In this document: one piece after another, positions 1 through 13,989 of the stretch | How positions within the stretch are numbered: the stretch's first letter is position 1 | Layout of the letters: each line of letters begins with the position of its first letter | NCBI GenBank assembly: GCA_964016885.1 | Contig: OZ024745.1 | Location: 65,596,001-65,660,000 of the forward strand | DNA: 64,000 nt | Source of the DNA: Eledone cirrhosa | Taxonomy: Eukaryota | Direction of reading: 5' to 3' | Position numbers and translations under genes: made by a program | Notes under the pieces: model-generated | What the model was told of the DNA's origin: nothing | Seen by the model: only the letters and a program-made list of their open reading frames with translations | The model's database searches: none

Positions 1-539
1 TATTGGGGGATCCATTTTTTATTTGGGGGATCCATTTTTTATTTGGGTGATCCATTTTTTATTTGGGTGATCCATTTTTTAATTGGGGGATCCATTATTT
101 TATTTGGGGGTCCATTTTTTATTTGGGTGATCCATTTTTTATTTGGGTGATCCATTTTTTATTTGGGGGATCCATTTTTTATTTGGGTCATCCATTTTTT
201 ATTTGGGGGATCCATTTTTTATTTGGGGGATCCATTTTTTATTTTGGGTGATCCATTTTTTATTAGGGGGATCCATTTTTTATTTGGGTGATCCATTTTT
301 ATTTGTAGATCCATTTTTTATTTGGGTGATCCCTTTTTTAATTGGATGATCCATTTTTTATTTGGGGGATCCATTTTTTATTTGGGTGATCCATTTTTTA
401 TTTGGGTGATCCATTTTTTAATTGGGGGATCCATTATTTTATTTGGGGTTCCATTTTTTATTTGGGTGATCCATTTTTTATTTGGGTGATCCATTTTTTA
501 TTTGGGGGATCCATTTTTTATTTGGGTGATCCATTTTTT

Positions 540-1780
540 ATTTGGGTGATCCATTTTTTATTTGGGTGATCCATTTTTTATTTGAGGCATCCATTTTATA
601 ATTGGGTGATCCATTTTTTATTTGGGTGATCCATTTTTTATTTGGGTGATCCTTTTTTTATTTGGGGGATCCATTTTTTATTTGGGGGAACCATTTTTTA
701 TTTGGGGGATCCATTTTTTATTTGGGTGATCCATTTTTTATTTGGGTGATCCATTTTTTATTTGGGGGATCCATTTTTTATTTGGGGGATCCATTTTTTA
801 TTTGGGGGATCCATTTTTTATTTGGGGTATCCATTTTTTATTTGGGTGATCCATTTTTTATTTGGGGGATCCATTTTTTATTTGGGGGATCCATTTTTTA
901 TTTGGGTGATCCATTTTTTTATTTGGGTGATCCATTTTTTATTTGGAGGATCCATTTTTTATTTGGGTGATCCATTATTTATTAGGGGGATCCATTTTTT
1001 ATTTGGGGGATCCATTTTTTATTTGGGTGATTCATTTTTTATTTGCGGGATCCATTCTTTATTTGGGTGATCCATTTTTTATTTGTGGGATCCATTTTTT
1101 ATTTGGGGGATCCATTTTTTATTTGAGGGATCCATTATTTATTTGGGTGATCCATTTTTTATTTGGGTGATCCATTTTTTATTTGGGTGATCCATTTTTT
1201 ATTTGGGTGATCCATTTTTTATTTGGGTGATCCATTTTTTATTTGAGGCATCCATTTTATAATTGGGTGATCCATTTTTTATTTGGGTGGTCCATTTTTT
1301 ATTTGGGTGATCCTTTTTTATTTGGGGGATCCATTTTTTATTTGGGGGAACCATTTTTTATTTGGGGGATCCATTTTTTATTTGGGTGATCCATTTTTTA
1401 TTTGGGTGATCCATTTTTTATTTGGGGGATCCATTTTTTATTTGGGGGATCCATTTTTTATTTGGGGGATCCATTTTTTATTTGGGGTATCCATTTTTTA
1501 TTTGGGTGATCCATTTTTTATTTGGGGGATCCATTTTTTATTTGGGGGATCCATTTTTTATTTGGGTGATCCATTTTTTATTTGGGTGATCCATTTTTTA
1601 TTTGGAGGATCCATTTTTTATTTGGGTGATCCATTATTTATTAGGGGGACCCATTTTTTATTTGGGGGATCCATTTTTTATTTGGGTGATTCATTTTTTA
1701 TTTGCGGGATCCATTCTTTATTTGGGTGATCCATTTTTTATTTGTGGGATCCATTTTTTATTTGGGGGATCCATTTTTTA
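540..1780 (+). repeat. ~660-bp (33-unit) tandem higher-order repeat in array A, about two copies
   Basis: The same ordered rare variants (TGAGGCATCC...TTATAATT, GGGGAACC, GGGGTATCC, GGAGGATCC, TTAGGGGG, GCGGGATCCATTC) recur ~660 bp apart, for example GAGGCAT near 584 and 1245. The same doublet recurs at ~18180/18840 (ORFs 18261 and 18922, offset 661). Confidence 0.85.
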
Positions 1781-2329
1781 TTGGGGGATCCATTTTTTAT
1801 TTGGGTGATCCATTTTTTATTTGCGTGATCCATTTTTTATTTGGGGGATCCATTTTTTATTTGGGTGATCCATTTTTTATTTGGGTGATCCATTTTTTAT
1901 TGGGGGATCCATTTTTTATTTGGGGCATCCATTTTTTATTTGGGTGATCCATTTTTTATTTGGGTGATCCATTTTTTAATTGGGGGATCCATTTTTTATT
2001 TGGGTGATCCATTTTTTATTTGGGTGATCCATTTTTTATTTGGGGGATCCATTTTTTATTTGGGGGCAGAATTTTTATTTGGGTGATCCATTTTCTATTT
2101 GGGTGATCCATTTTTTATTTGGGGGATCCATTTTTTATTTGGGGGATCCATTTTTTATTTGGGTGATCCATTCTTTTATGGGGGATCCATTTTTTATTTG
2201 GGTGATCCATTTTTTATTTTTGGGATCCATTTTTTATTTGGGGGATCCATTTTTTATTTGGGGGATCCATTTTTTATTTGGGTGATCCATTTTTTATTTG
2301 GGTGATCCATTTCTTATTTGGGGGATCCA

Positions 2330-5300
2330 TTTTTTATTGGGGGATCCATTTTTTATTTGGGGGATCCATTTTTTATTTGGGTGATCCATTTTTTATTTGG
2401 GTGATCCATTTTTTAATTGGGGGATCCATTATTTTATTTGGGGGTCCATTTTTTATTTGGGTGATCCATTTTTTATTTGGGTGATCCATTTTTTATTTGG
2501 GGGATCCAATTTTTTATTTGGGTCATCCATTTTTTATTTGGGGGATCCATTTTTTATTTGGGGGATCCATTTTTTATTTTGGGTGATCCATTTTTTATTA
2601 GGGGGATCCATTTTTTATTTGGGTGATCCATTTTTATTTGTAGATCCATTTTTTATTTGGGTGATCCATTTTTTAATTGGATGATCCATTTTTTATTTGG
2701 GGGATCCATTTTTTATTTGGGGGATCCATTATTTATTTGGGTGATCCATTTTTTATTTGGGTGATCCATTTTTTATTTGGGGGATCCATTTTTATTTGGG
2801 TGATCCATTTTTTATTTGGGTGATCCATTTTTTAATTGGGGGATCCATTTTTTATTTGGTTGATCCATTTTTTAATTGGGTGATCCATTTTTTATTTGGG
2901 GGATCCATTTTTTATTTGGGGGATCCATTCTTTATTTGGGGGATCCATTGTTTATTTGGGTGATCCATTTTTTATTTGGGTGATCCATTTTTTATTTGGG
3001 GGATCCATTTTTTATTTGGGTGATCCATTTTTTATTTGGGTGATCCATTTTTTATTTGGGTGATCCATTTTTTATTTGTGGGATCCATTTTTTATTTGGG
3101 GGATCCATTTTTTATTTGGGTGATCCTTTTTTTATTTGGGTGATCCATTTTTTATTTGGGTGATCCATTTTTTATTTGGGGGATCCATTTTTTATTTGGG
3201 TGATCCATTTTTTATTTGGGTGATACATTTTTTATTTGGGGGATCCATTTTTTATTTGGGTGATCCATTTTTTATTTGGGGGATCCATTTTTTATTTGGG
3301 GGATCCATTTTTTATTTGGGTGATCCATTTTTTATTTGGGTGATCCATTTTTTATTTGGGGGGATCCATTTTTAATTTGGGTGATCCATTTTTTATTTGG
3401 GGGATCCATTTTTTATTTGGGTGATCCATTTTTTATTTGGGGGATCCATTTTTTATTTGGGTGATCCATTTTTTATTTGGGTGATCCATTTTTTAATTAG
3501 GTGATCCATTTTTATTTGGGTGATCCATTTTTTACTTGGGGGATCCATTTATTATTTGGGTGATCCATTTTTTATTTTGCTGATTCATTTTTTATTTGGG
3601 TGATCCATTTTTTATTTGGGGGATCCATTTTTTATTTGGGTGATCCATTTTTTATTTGGGGGATCCATTTTTTATTTGGGTGATCCATTTTTTATTTGGG
3701 TGATCCATTTTTTATTTGGGGGATCCATTTTTTATTTGGGTGATCCATTTTTTATTTGGGTGATCCATTTTTTATTTGGGGGATCCATTTTTTATTTGGG
3801 TGATCCATTTTTTATTTGGGTGGTCCATTTTTTATTTGGGTGATCCATTTTTTATTTGGGGGATCCATTTTTTATTTGGGTGATCCATTTTTTATTTGGG
3901 GATCCATTTTTTATTTGGGTGATCCATTTTTTATTTGGGTGATCCATTTTTTATTTGGGGGATACATTTTTTATTTGGGTGATCCATTTTTTATTTGGGG
4001 GGTCCATTTTTTATTTGGGGGATCCATTTTTATTTGGGTGATCCATTTTTTATTTGGGGGATCCATTTTTTATTTGGGTGATCCCTTTTTTATTTGGGGG
4101 ATCCATTTTTTATTTGGGGGATCCATTTTTTATTAGGGGGATCCATTTTTTATTTGGGGGATCCATTTATTATTTGGGTGATCCATTTTTTATTAGGGGG
4201 ATCCATTTTTTATTTGGGTGATCCATTTTTATTTGGAGATCCATTTTTTATTTAGGTGATCCATTTTATAATTGGGTGATCCATTTTTTATTTGGGGGAT
4301 CCATTTTTTATTTGGGTGATCCATTTTTTATTTGGGTGATCCATTTTTTATTTGGGTGATCCATTTTTTATTTGGGTGATCCATTTTTTATTTGGGTGAT
4401 CCATTTTGTATTTTGGGGATCCATTTTTTATTTGGGTGATACATTTTTTATTTGAGGGATCCATTTTATATTTGGGTGATCCATTTTTTATTTGGGTGAT
4501 CCATTTTTTATTTGGGGGATCCATTTTTTATTTGGGTGATCCATTTTGTATTTGGGGGATCCATTTTTTATTTGGGTGATCCATTTTTTATTTGGGTGAT
4601 CCATTTTTTATTTGGGGAATCCATTTTTTATTTGGGTGATCCATTTTTTATTTCGGGGATCCATTTTTTATTTCGGGGATCCATTTTTTATTTGGGTTAT
4701 TCATTTTTTATTTGGGGGATCCATTTTTTATTTGGGTGATCCATTATTTTATTTGGGGGTCCATTTTTTATTTGGGTGATCCATTTTTTATTTGGGTGAT
4801 CCATTTTTTATTTGGGGGATCCATTTTTTATTTGGGTCATCCATTTTTTATTTGGGGGATCCATTTTTTATTTGGGGGATCCATTTTTTATTTTGGGTGA
4901 TCCATTTTTTATTAGGGGGATCCATTTTTTATTTGGGTGATCCATTTTTATTTGTAGATCCATTTTTTATTTGGGTGATCCATTTTTTAATTGGATGATC
5001 CATTTTTTATTTGGGGGATCCATTTTTTATTTGGGGGATCCATTATTTATTTGGGTGATCCATTTTTTATTTGGGTGATCCATTTTTTATTTGGGGGATC
5101 CATTTTTTATTTGGGTGATCCATTTTTTATTTGGGTGATCCATTTTTTAATTGGGGGATCCATTTTTTATTTAGTTGATCCATTTTTTAATTGGGTGATC
5201 CATTTTTTATTTGGGGGATCCATTTTTTATTTGGGGGATCCATTTTTTATTTGGGTGATCCATTTTTTATTTGGGGGATCCATTTTTTATTTGGGGGATT

Positions 5301-8300
5301 CATTTTTTATTTGGGTGATCCATTTTTTATTTGGGTGATCCATTTTTTATTTGGAGGATCCATTTTTTATTTGGGTGATCCATTATTTATTAGGGGGATC
5401 CATTTTTTATTTGGGGGATCCATTTTTTATTTGGGTGATTCATTTTTTATTTGCGGGATCCATTCTTTATTTGGGTGATCCATTTTTTATTTGTGGGATC
5501 CATTTTTTATTTGGGGGATCCATTTTTTATTGGGGGATCCATTTTTTATTTGGGTGATCCATTTTTTATTTGCGTGATCCATTTTTTATTTGGGGGATCC
5601 ATTTTTTATTTGGGTGATCCATTTTTTTATTTGGGTGATCCATTTTTTATTGGGGGATCCATTTTTTATTTGGGGGATCCATTTTTTATTTGGGTGATCC
5701 ATTTTTTATTTGGGTGATCCATTTTTTAATTGGGGGATCCATTTTTTATTTGGGTGATCCATTTTTTATTTGGGTGATCCATTTTTTATTTGGGGGATCC
5801 ATTTTTTATTTGGGGGCAGAATTTTTATTTGGGTGATCCATTTTCTATTTGGGTGATCCATTTTTTATTTTTGGGATCCATTTTTTATTTGGGGGATCCA
5901 TTTTTTATTTGGGTGATCCATTTTTTATTGGGGGATCCATTTTTTATTTGGGGGATCCATTTTTTATTTGGGTGATCCATTTTTTATTTGGGTGATCCAT
6001 TTTTTAATTGGGGGATCCATTATTTTATTTGGGGGTCCATTTTTTATTTGGGTGATCCATTTTTTATTTGGGTGATCCATTTTTTATTTGGGGGATCCAT
6101 TTTTTATTTGGGTCATCCATTTTTTATTTGGGGGATCCATTTTTTATTTGGGGGATCCATTTTTTATTTTGGGTGATCCATTTTTTATTAGGGGGATCCA
6201 TTTTTTATTTGGGTGATCCATTTTTATTTGTAGATCCATTTTTTATTTGGGTGATCCATTTTTTAATTGGATGATCCATTTTTTATTTGGGGGATCCATT
6301 TTTTATTTGGGGGATCCATTATTTATTTGGGTGATCCATTTTTTATTTGGGTGATCCATTTTTTATTTGGGGGATCCATTTTTATTTGGGTGATCCATTT
6401 TTTATTTGGGTGATCCATTTTTTAATTGGGGGATCCATTTTTTATTTGGTTGATCCATTTTTTAATTGGGTGATCCATTTTTTATTTGGGGGATCCATTT
6501 TTTATTTGGGGGATCCATTCTTTATTTGGGGGATCCATTGTTTATTTGGGTGATCCATTTTTTATTTGGGTGATCCATTTTTTATTTGGGGGATCCATTT
6601 TTTATTTGGGTGATCCATTTTTTATTTGGGTGATCCATTTTTTATTTGGGTGATCCATTTTTTATTTGTGGGATCCATTTTTTATTTGGGGGATCCATTT
6701 TTTATTTGGGTGATCCTTTTTTTATTTGGGTGATCCATTTTTTATTTGGGTGATCCATTTTTTATTTGGGGGATCCATTTTTTATTTGGGTGATCCATTT
6801 TTTATTTGGGTGATACATTTTTTATTTGGGGGATCCATTTTTTATTTGGGTGATCCATTTTTTATTTGGGGGATCCATTTTTTATTTGGGGGATCCATTT
6901 TTTATTTGGGTGATCCATTTTTTATTTGGGTGATCCATTTTTTATTTGGGGGGATCCATTTTTAATTTGGGTGATCCATTTTTTATTTGGGGGATCCATT
7001 TTTTATTTGGGTGATCCATTTTTTATTTGGGGGATCCATTTTTTATTTGGGTGATCCATTTTTTATTTGGGTGATCCATTTTTTAATTAGGTGATCCATT
7101 TTTATTTGGGTGATCCATTTTTTACTTGGGGGATCCATTTATTATTTGGGTGATCCATTTTTTATTTTGCTGATTCATTTTTTATTTGGGTGATCCATTT
7201 TTTATTTGGGGGATCCATTTTTTATTTGGGTGATCCATTTTTTATTTGGGGGATCCATTTTTTATTTGGGTGATCCATTTTTTATTTGGGTGATCCATTT
7301 TTTATTTGGGGGATCCATTTTTTATTTGGGTGATCCATTTTTTATTTGGGTGATCCATTTTTTATTTGGGGGATCCATTTTTTATTTGGGTGATCCATTT
7401 TTTATTTGGGTGGTCCATTTTTTATTTGGGTGATCCATTTTTTATTTGGGGGATCCATTTTTTATTTGGGTGATCCATTTTTTATTTGGGGATCCATTTT
7501 TTATTTGGGTGATCCATTTTTTATTTGGGTGATCCATTTTTTATTTGGGGGATACATTTTTTATTTGGGTGATCCATTTTTTATTTGGGGGGTCCATTTT
7601 TTATTTGGGGGATCCATTTTTATTTGGGTGATCCATTTTTATTTGGGGGATCCATTTTTTATTTGGGTGATCCCTTTTTTATTTGGGGGATCCATTTTTT
7701 ATTTGGGGGATCCATTTTTTATTAGGGGGATCCATTTTTTATTTGGGGGATCCATTTATTATTTGGGTGATCCATTTTTTATTAGGGGGATCCATTTTTT
7801 ATTTGGGTGATCCATTTTTATTTGGAGATCCATTTTTTATTTAGGTGATCCATTTTATAATTGGGTGATCCATTTTTTATTTGGGGGATCCATTTTTTAT
7901 TTGGGTGATCCATTTTTTATTTGGGTGATCCATTTTTTATTTGGGTGATCCATTTTTTATTTGGGTGATCCATTTTTTATTTGGGTAATCCATTTTGTAT
8001 TTTGGGGATCCATTTTTTATTTGGGTGATACATTTTTTATTTGAGGGATCCATTTTATATTTGGGTGATCCATTTTTTATTTGGGTGATCCATTTTTTAT
8101 TTGGGGGATCCATTTTTTATTTGGGTGATCCATTTTGTATTTGGGGGATCCATTTTTTATTTGGGTGATCCATTTTTTATTTGGGTGATCCATTTTTTAT
8201 TTGGGGAATCCATTTTTTATTTGGGTGATCCATTTTTTATTTCGGGGATCCATTTTTTATTTCGGGGATCCATTTTTTATTTGGGTTATTCATTTTTTAT

Positions 8301-8840
8301 TTGGGGGATCCATTTTTTATTTGGGTGATCCATTATTTTATTTGGGGGTCCATTTTTTATTTGGGTGATCCATTTTTTATTTGGGTGATCCATTTTTTAT
8401 TTGGGGGATCCATTTTTTATTTGGGTCATCCATTTTTTATTTGGGGGATCCATTTTTTATTTGGGGGATCCATTTTTTATTTTGGGTGATCCATTTTTTA
8501 TTAGGGGGATCCATTTTTTATTTGGGTGATCCATTTTTATTTGTAGATCCATTTTTTATTTGGGTGATCCATTTTTTAATTGGATGATCCATTTTTTATT
8601 TGGGGGATCCATTTTTTATTTGGGGGATCCATTATTTATTTGGGTGATCCATTTTTTATTTGGGTGATCCATTTTTTATTTGGGGGATCCATTTTTTATT
8701 TGGGTGATCCATTTTTTATTTGGGTGATCCATTTTTTAATTGGGGGATCCATTTTTTATTTAGTTGATCCATTTTTTAATTGGGTGATCCATTTTTTATT
8801 TGGGGGATCCATTTTTTATTTGGGGGATCCATTTTTTATT
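2330..8840 (+). repeat. ~3.59-kb near-identical duplication in array A (~2330-5250 vs ~5920-8840)
   Basis: Identical ORF-track translations occur at constant offsets of 3589-3590 (2757/6347, 3136/6726, 3616/7206, 4512/8101, 4712/8301, 4792/8381). Rare variants are shared, including TTTTGCTGATTC, TTTACTTGG and the TTTCGGGG pair. Confidence 0.9.
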
Positions 8841-11800
8841 TGGGGGATCCATTGTTTATTTGGGTGATCCATTTTTTATTTGGGTGATCCATTTTTTATT
8901 TGGGTGATCCATTTTTTATTTGGGTGATCCATTTTTTATTTGGGTGATCCATTTTTTATTTGTGGGATCCATTTTTTATTTGGGGGATCCATTTTTTATT
9001 TGGGGGATCCTTTTTTTATTTGGGTGATCCATTTTTTATTTGGGTGATCCATTTTTTATTTGGGGGATCCATTTTTTATTTGGGTGATCCATTTTTTATT
9101 TGGGTGATACATTTTTTATTTGGGGGATCCATTTTTTATTTGGGTGATCCATTTATTATTTGGGGGATCCATTTTTTATTTGGGGGATCCATTTTTTATT
9201 TGGGTGATCCATTTTTTATTTGGGGATCCATTTTTTATTTGGGTGATCCATTCTTTATTTGGGTGATACATTTTTTATTTGGGGGATCCATTTTTTATTT
9301 GGGTGATCCATTTTTTATTTGGGTGATCCATTTTTTATTTGGAGGATCCATTTTTTATTTGGGTGATCCATTATTTATTAGGGGGATCCATTTTTTATTT
9401 GGGGGATCCATTTTTTATTTGGGTGATTCATTTTTTATTTGCGGGATCCATTCTTTATTTGGGTGATCCATTTTTTATTTGTGGGATCCATTTTTTATTT
9501 GGGGGATCCATTTTTTATTGGGGGATCCATTTTTCATTTGGGTGATCCATTTTTTATTTGCGTGATCCATTTTTTATTTGGGGGATCCATTTTTTATTTG
9601 GGTGATCCATTTTTTATTTGGGTGATCCATTTTTTATTGGGGGATCCATTTTTTATTTGGGGGATCCATTTTTTATTTGGGTGATCCATTTTTTATTTGG
9701 GTGATCCATTTTTTAATTGGGGGATCCATTTTTTATTTGGGTGATCCATTTTTTATTTGGGTGATCCATTTTTTATTTGGGGGATCCATTTTTTATTTGG
9801 GGGCAGAATTTTTATTTGGGTGATCCATTTTCTATTTGGGTGATCCATTTTTTATTTGGGGGATCCATTTTTTATTTGGGGGATCCATTTTTTATTTGGG
9901 TGATCCATTCTTTTATGGGGGATCCATTTTTTATTTGGGTGATCCATTTTTTATTTTTGGGATCCATTTTTTATTTGGGGGATCCATTTTTTATTTGGGG
10001 GATCCATTTTTTATTTGGGTGATCCATTTTTTATTTGGGTGATCCATTTCTTATTTGGGGGATCCATTTTTTATTGGGGGATCCATTTTTTATTTGGGGG
10101 ATCCATTTTTTATTTGGGTGATCCATTTTTTATTTGGGTGATCCATTTTTTAATTGGGGGATCCATTATTTTATTTGGGGGTCCATTTTTTATTTGGGTG
10201 ATCCATTTTTTATTTGGGTGATCCATTTTTTATTTGGGGGATCCATTTTTTATTTGGGTCATCCATTTTTTATTTGGGGGATCCATTTTTTATTTGGGGG
10301 ATCCATTTTTTATTTTGGGTGATCCATTTTTTATTAGGGGGATCCATTTTTTATTTGGGTGATCCATTTTTATTTGTAGATCCATTTTTTATTTGGGTGA
10401 TCCCTTTTTTAATTGGATGATCCATTTTTTATTTGGGGGATCCATTTTTTATTTGGGTGATCCATTTTTTATTTGGGTGATCCATTTTTTAATTGGGGGA
10501 TCCATTATTTTATTTGGGGGTCCATTTTTTATTTGGGTGATCCATTTTTTATTTGGGTGATCCATTTTTTATTTGGGGGATCCATTTTTTATTTGGGTGA
10601 TCCATTTTTTATTTGGGTGATCCATTTTTTATTTGGGTGATCCATTTTTTATTTGAGGCATCCATTTTATAATTGGGTGATCCATTTTTTATTTGGGTGA
10701 TCCATTTTTTATTTGGGTGATCCTTTTTTTATTTGGGGGATCCATTTTTTATTTGGGGGAACCATTTTTTATTTGGGGGATCCATTTTTTATTTGGGTGA
10801 TCCATTTTTTATTTGGGTGATCCATTTTTTATTTGGGGGATCCATTTTTTATTTGGGGGATCCATTTTTTATTTGGGGGATCCATTTTTTATTTCGGGGA
10901 TCCATTTTTTATTTGGGGGATCCATTTTTTATTTGGGTGATCAATTTTTGATTTGGTTGATCCATTTTTTAATTGGGTGATCCATTTTTTATTTGGGGGA
11001 TCCATTTTTTATTTGGGTGATCCATTTTTTATTTGGGTGGTCCATTTTTTATTTAGGTGATCCATTTTTTATTTGGGGGATCCATTTTTTATTTGGGTGA
11101 TCCATTTTTTATTTGGGGATCCATTTTTTATTTGGGTGATCCATTTTTTATTTGGGTGATCCATTTTTTATTTGGGGGATCCATTTTTTATTTGGTGATC
11201 CATTTTTTATTTGGGGGGTCCATTTTTTATTTGGGGGATCCATTTTTATTTGGGTGATCCATTTTTTATTTGGGGGATCCATTTTTTATTTGGGTGATCC
11301 ATTTTTTATTTGGGTTGATGCCTTTTTTATTTGGGGGATCCATTTTTTATTTGGGTGATTCATTTTTTATTTGGTGGATCCATTTTTTATTTGGGGGATC
11401 CATTTTTTATTTGGGTGATCCATTTTTTATTAGGGGGATCCATTTTTTATTTGGGTGATCCATTTTTATTTGGATATCCATTTTTTATTTAGGTGATCCA
11501 TTTTATAATTGGGTGATCCATTTTTTATTTGGGGGATCCATTTTTTATTTGGGGGATCCATTATTTATTTGGGTGATCCATTTTATATTTGGGTGATCGA
11601 TTTTTTATTTGGGTGATCCATTTTTTATTTGGGTGATCCATTTTTTATTTGGGTGATCCATTTTTTATTTGGGGGATCCATTTTTTATTTGGGTGATCCA
11701 TTTTTTATTTGGGTGATCCATTTTTTATTTGAGGGATCCATTTTATATTTGGGTGATCCATTTTTTATTTGAGTGATCCATTTTTTATTTGGGGGATCCA

Positions 11801-13989
11801 TTTTTTATTTGGAGGATCCATTTTTTATTTGGGGGATCCATTTTTTATTTGGGTGATCCATTTTTTATTTGGGTGATACATTTTTTATTTGGGGGATCCA
11901 TTTTTTATTTGGGTGATCCATTTTCTATTTGGGGGATCCATTTTTTATTTGGGGGATCCATTTTTTATTTGGGTGATCCATTTTTTATTTGGGGGATCCA
12001 TTTTTTATTTGGGGGGATCCATTTTTAATTTGGGTGATCCATTTTTTATTTGGGGGATCCATTTTTTATTTGGGTGATCCATTTTTTATTTGGGTGATCC
12101 ATTTTTTATTTGGGTGATCCATTTTTTATTTGGGGGATCCATTTTTTATTTGGGTGATCCATTTTTTATTTGGGTGGTCCATTTTTTATTTGGGTGATCC
12201 ATTTTTTATTTGGGGGATCCATTTTTTATTTGGGTGATCCATTTTTTATTTGGGTGATCCATTTTTTATTTGGGTGATCCATTTTTTATTTGGGGGATAC
12301 ATTTTTTATTTGTGTGATCCATTTTTTATTTGGGGGGGTCCATTTTTTATTTGGGGGATCCATTTTTATTTGGGTGATCCATTTTTTATTTGGGGGATCC
12401 ATTTTTTATTTGGGTGATCCCTTTTTTATTTGGGGGATCCATTTTTTATTTGGGTGATCCATTTTTTATTTGGGGGATTCATTTTTTATTTGGGGGATCC
12501 ATTTTTTATTTGGGTGATCCATTTTTTATTAGAGGGATCCATTTTTTATTTGGGTGATCCATTTTTATTTGGAGATCCATTTTTTATTTAGGTGATCCAT
12601 TTTATAATTGGGTGATCCATTTTTTATTTGGGGGATCCATTTTTTATTTGGGGGATCCATTATTTATTTGGGTGATCCATTTTTTATTTGGGTGATCCAT
12701 TTTTTATTTGGGTGATCCATTTTTTATTTGGGTGATCCATTTTTTATTTGGGTGATTCATTTTGTATTTGGGGGATCCATTTTTTATTTGGGTGATCCAT
12801 TTTTTATTTGGGTGATCCATTTTTTATTTGAGGGATCCATTTTATATTTGGGTGATCCATTTTTTATTTGGGTGATTCATTTTTTATTTGGGTGTTCCAT
12901 TTTTTATTTGGGTGATCCATTTTTTTATTTGGGGGTCCATTTTTTATTTGGGTGATCCATTTTTTATTTGGGTGATCCATTTTTTATTTGGGGGATCCAT
13001 TTTTTATTTGGGTGATCCATTTTTTATTTGGGGGATCCATTTTTTATTTGGGTCATCCATTTTTTATTTGGGGGATCCATTTTTTATTTGGGGGATCCAT
13101 TTTTTATTTTGGGTGATCCATTTTTTATTAGGGGGATCCATTTTTTATTTGGGTGATCCATTTTTATTTGTAGATCCATTTTTTATTTGGGTGATCCATT
13201 TTTTAATTGGATGATACATTTTTTATTTGGGGGATCCATTTTTTATTTGGGGGATCCATTATTTATTTGGGTGATCCATTTTTTATTTGGGTGATCCATT
13301 TTTTATTTGGGGGATCCATTTTTTATTTGGGTGATCCATTTTTTATTTGGGTGATCCATTTTTTAATTGGGGGATCCATTTTTTATTTAGTTGATCCTTT
13401 TTTTAATTGGGTGATCCATTTTTTATTTGGGGGATCCATTTTTTATTTGGGGGATCCATTTTTTATTTGGGGGATCCATTGTTTATTTGGGTGATCCATT
13501 TTTTATTTGGGTGATCCATTTTTTATTTGGGGGATCCATTTTTTATTTGGGTGATCCATTATTTATTTGGGTGATCAATTTTTTATTTGGGTGAACCATT
13601 TTTTTATTTGTGGGATCCATTTTTTATTTGGGGGATCCATTTTTTATTTGGGTGATCCATTTTTTATTTGGGGGATCCATTTTTTATTTGGGTGATCCAC
13701 TTTTTATTTGGGTGATCTATTTTTTAATTGGGTGATCCATTTTTTATTTGGGGGGATCCATTTTTAATTTGGGTGATCCATTTTTTATTTGGGGGATCCA
13801 TTTTTTATTTGGGTGATCCATTTTTTATTTGGGGGATCCATTTTTTATTTGGGTGATCCATTTTTTATTTGGGTGATCTATTTTTTAATGGGGTGATCCA
13901 TTTTTTATTTGGGGGATCCATTTTTTATTTGGGTGATCCATTTTCTATTTGGGTGGTCCATTTTTTATTTGGGTGATCCATTTTTTATT

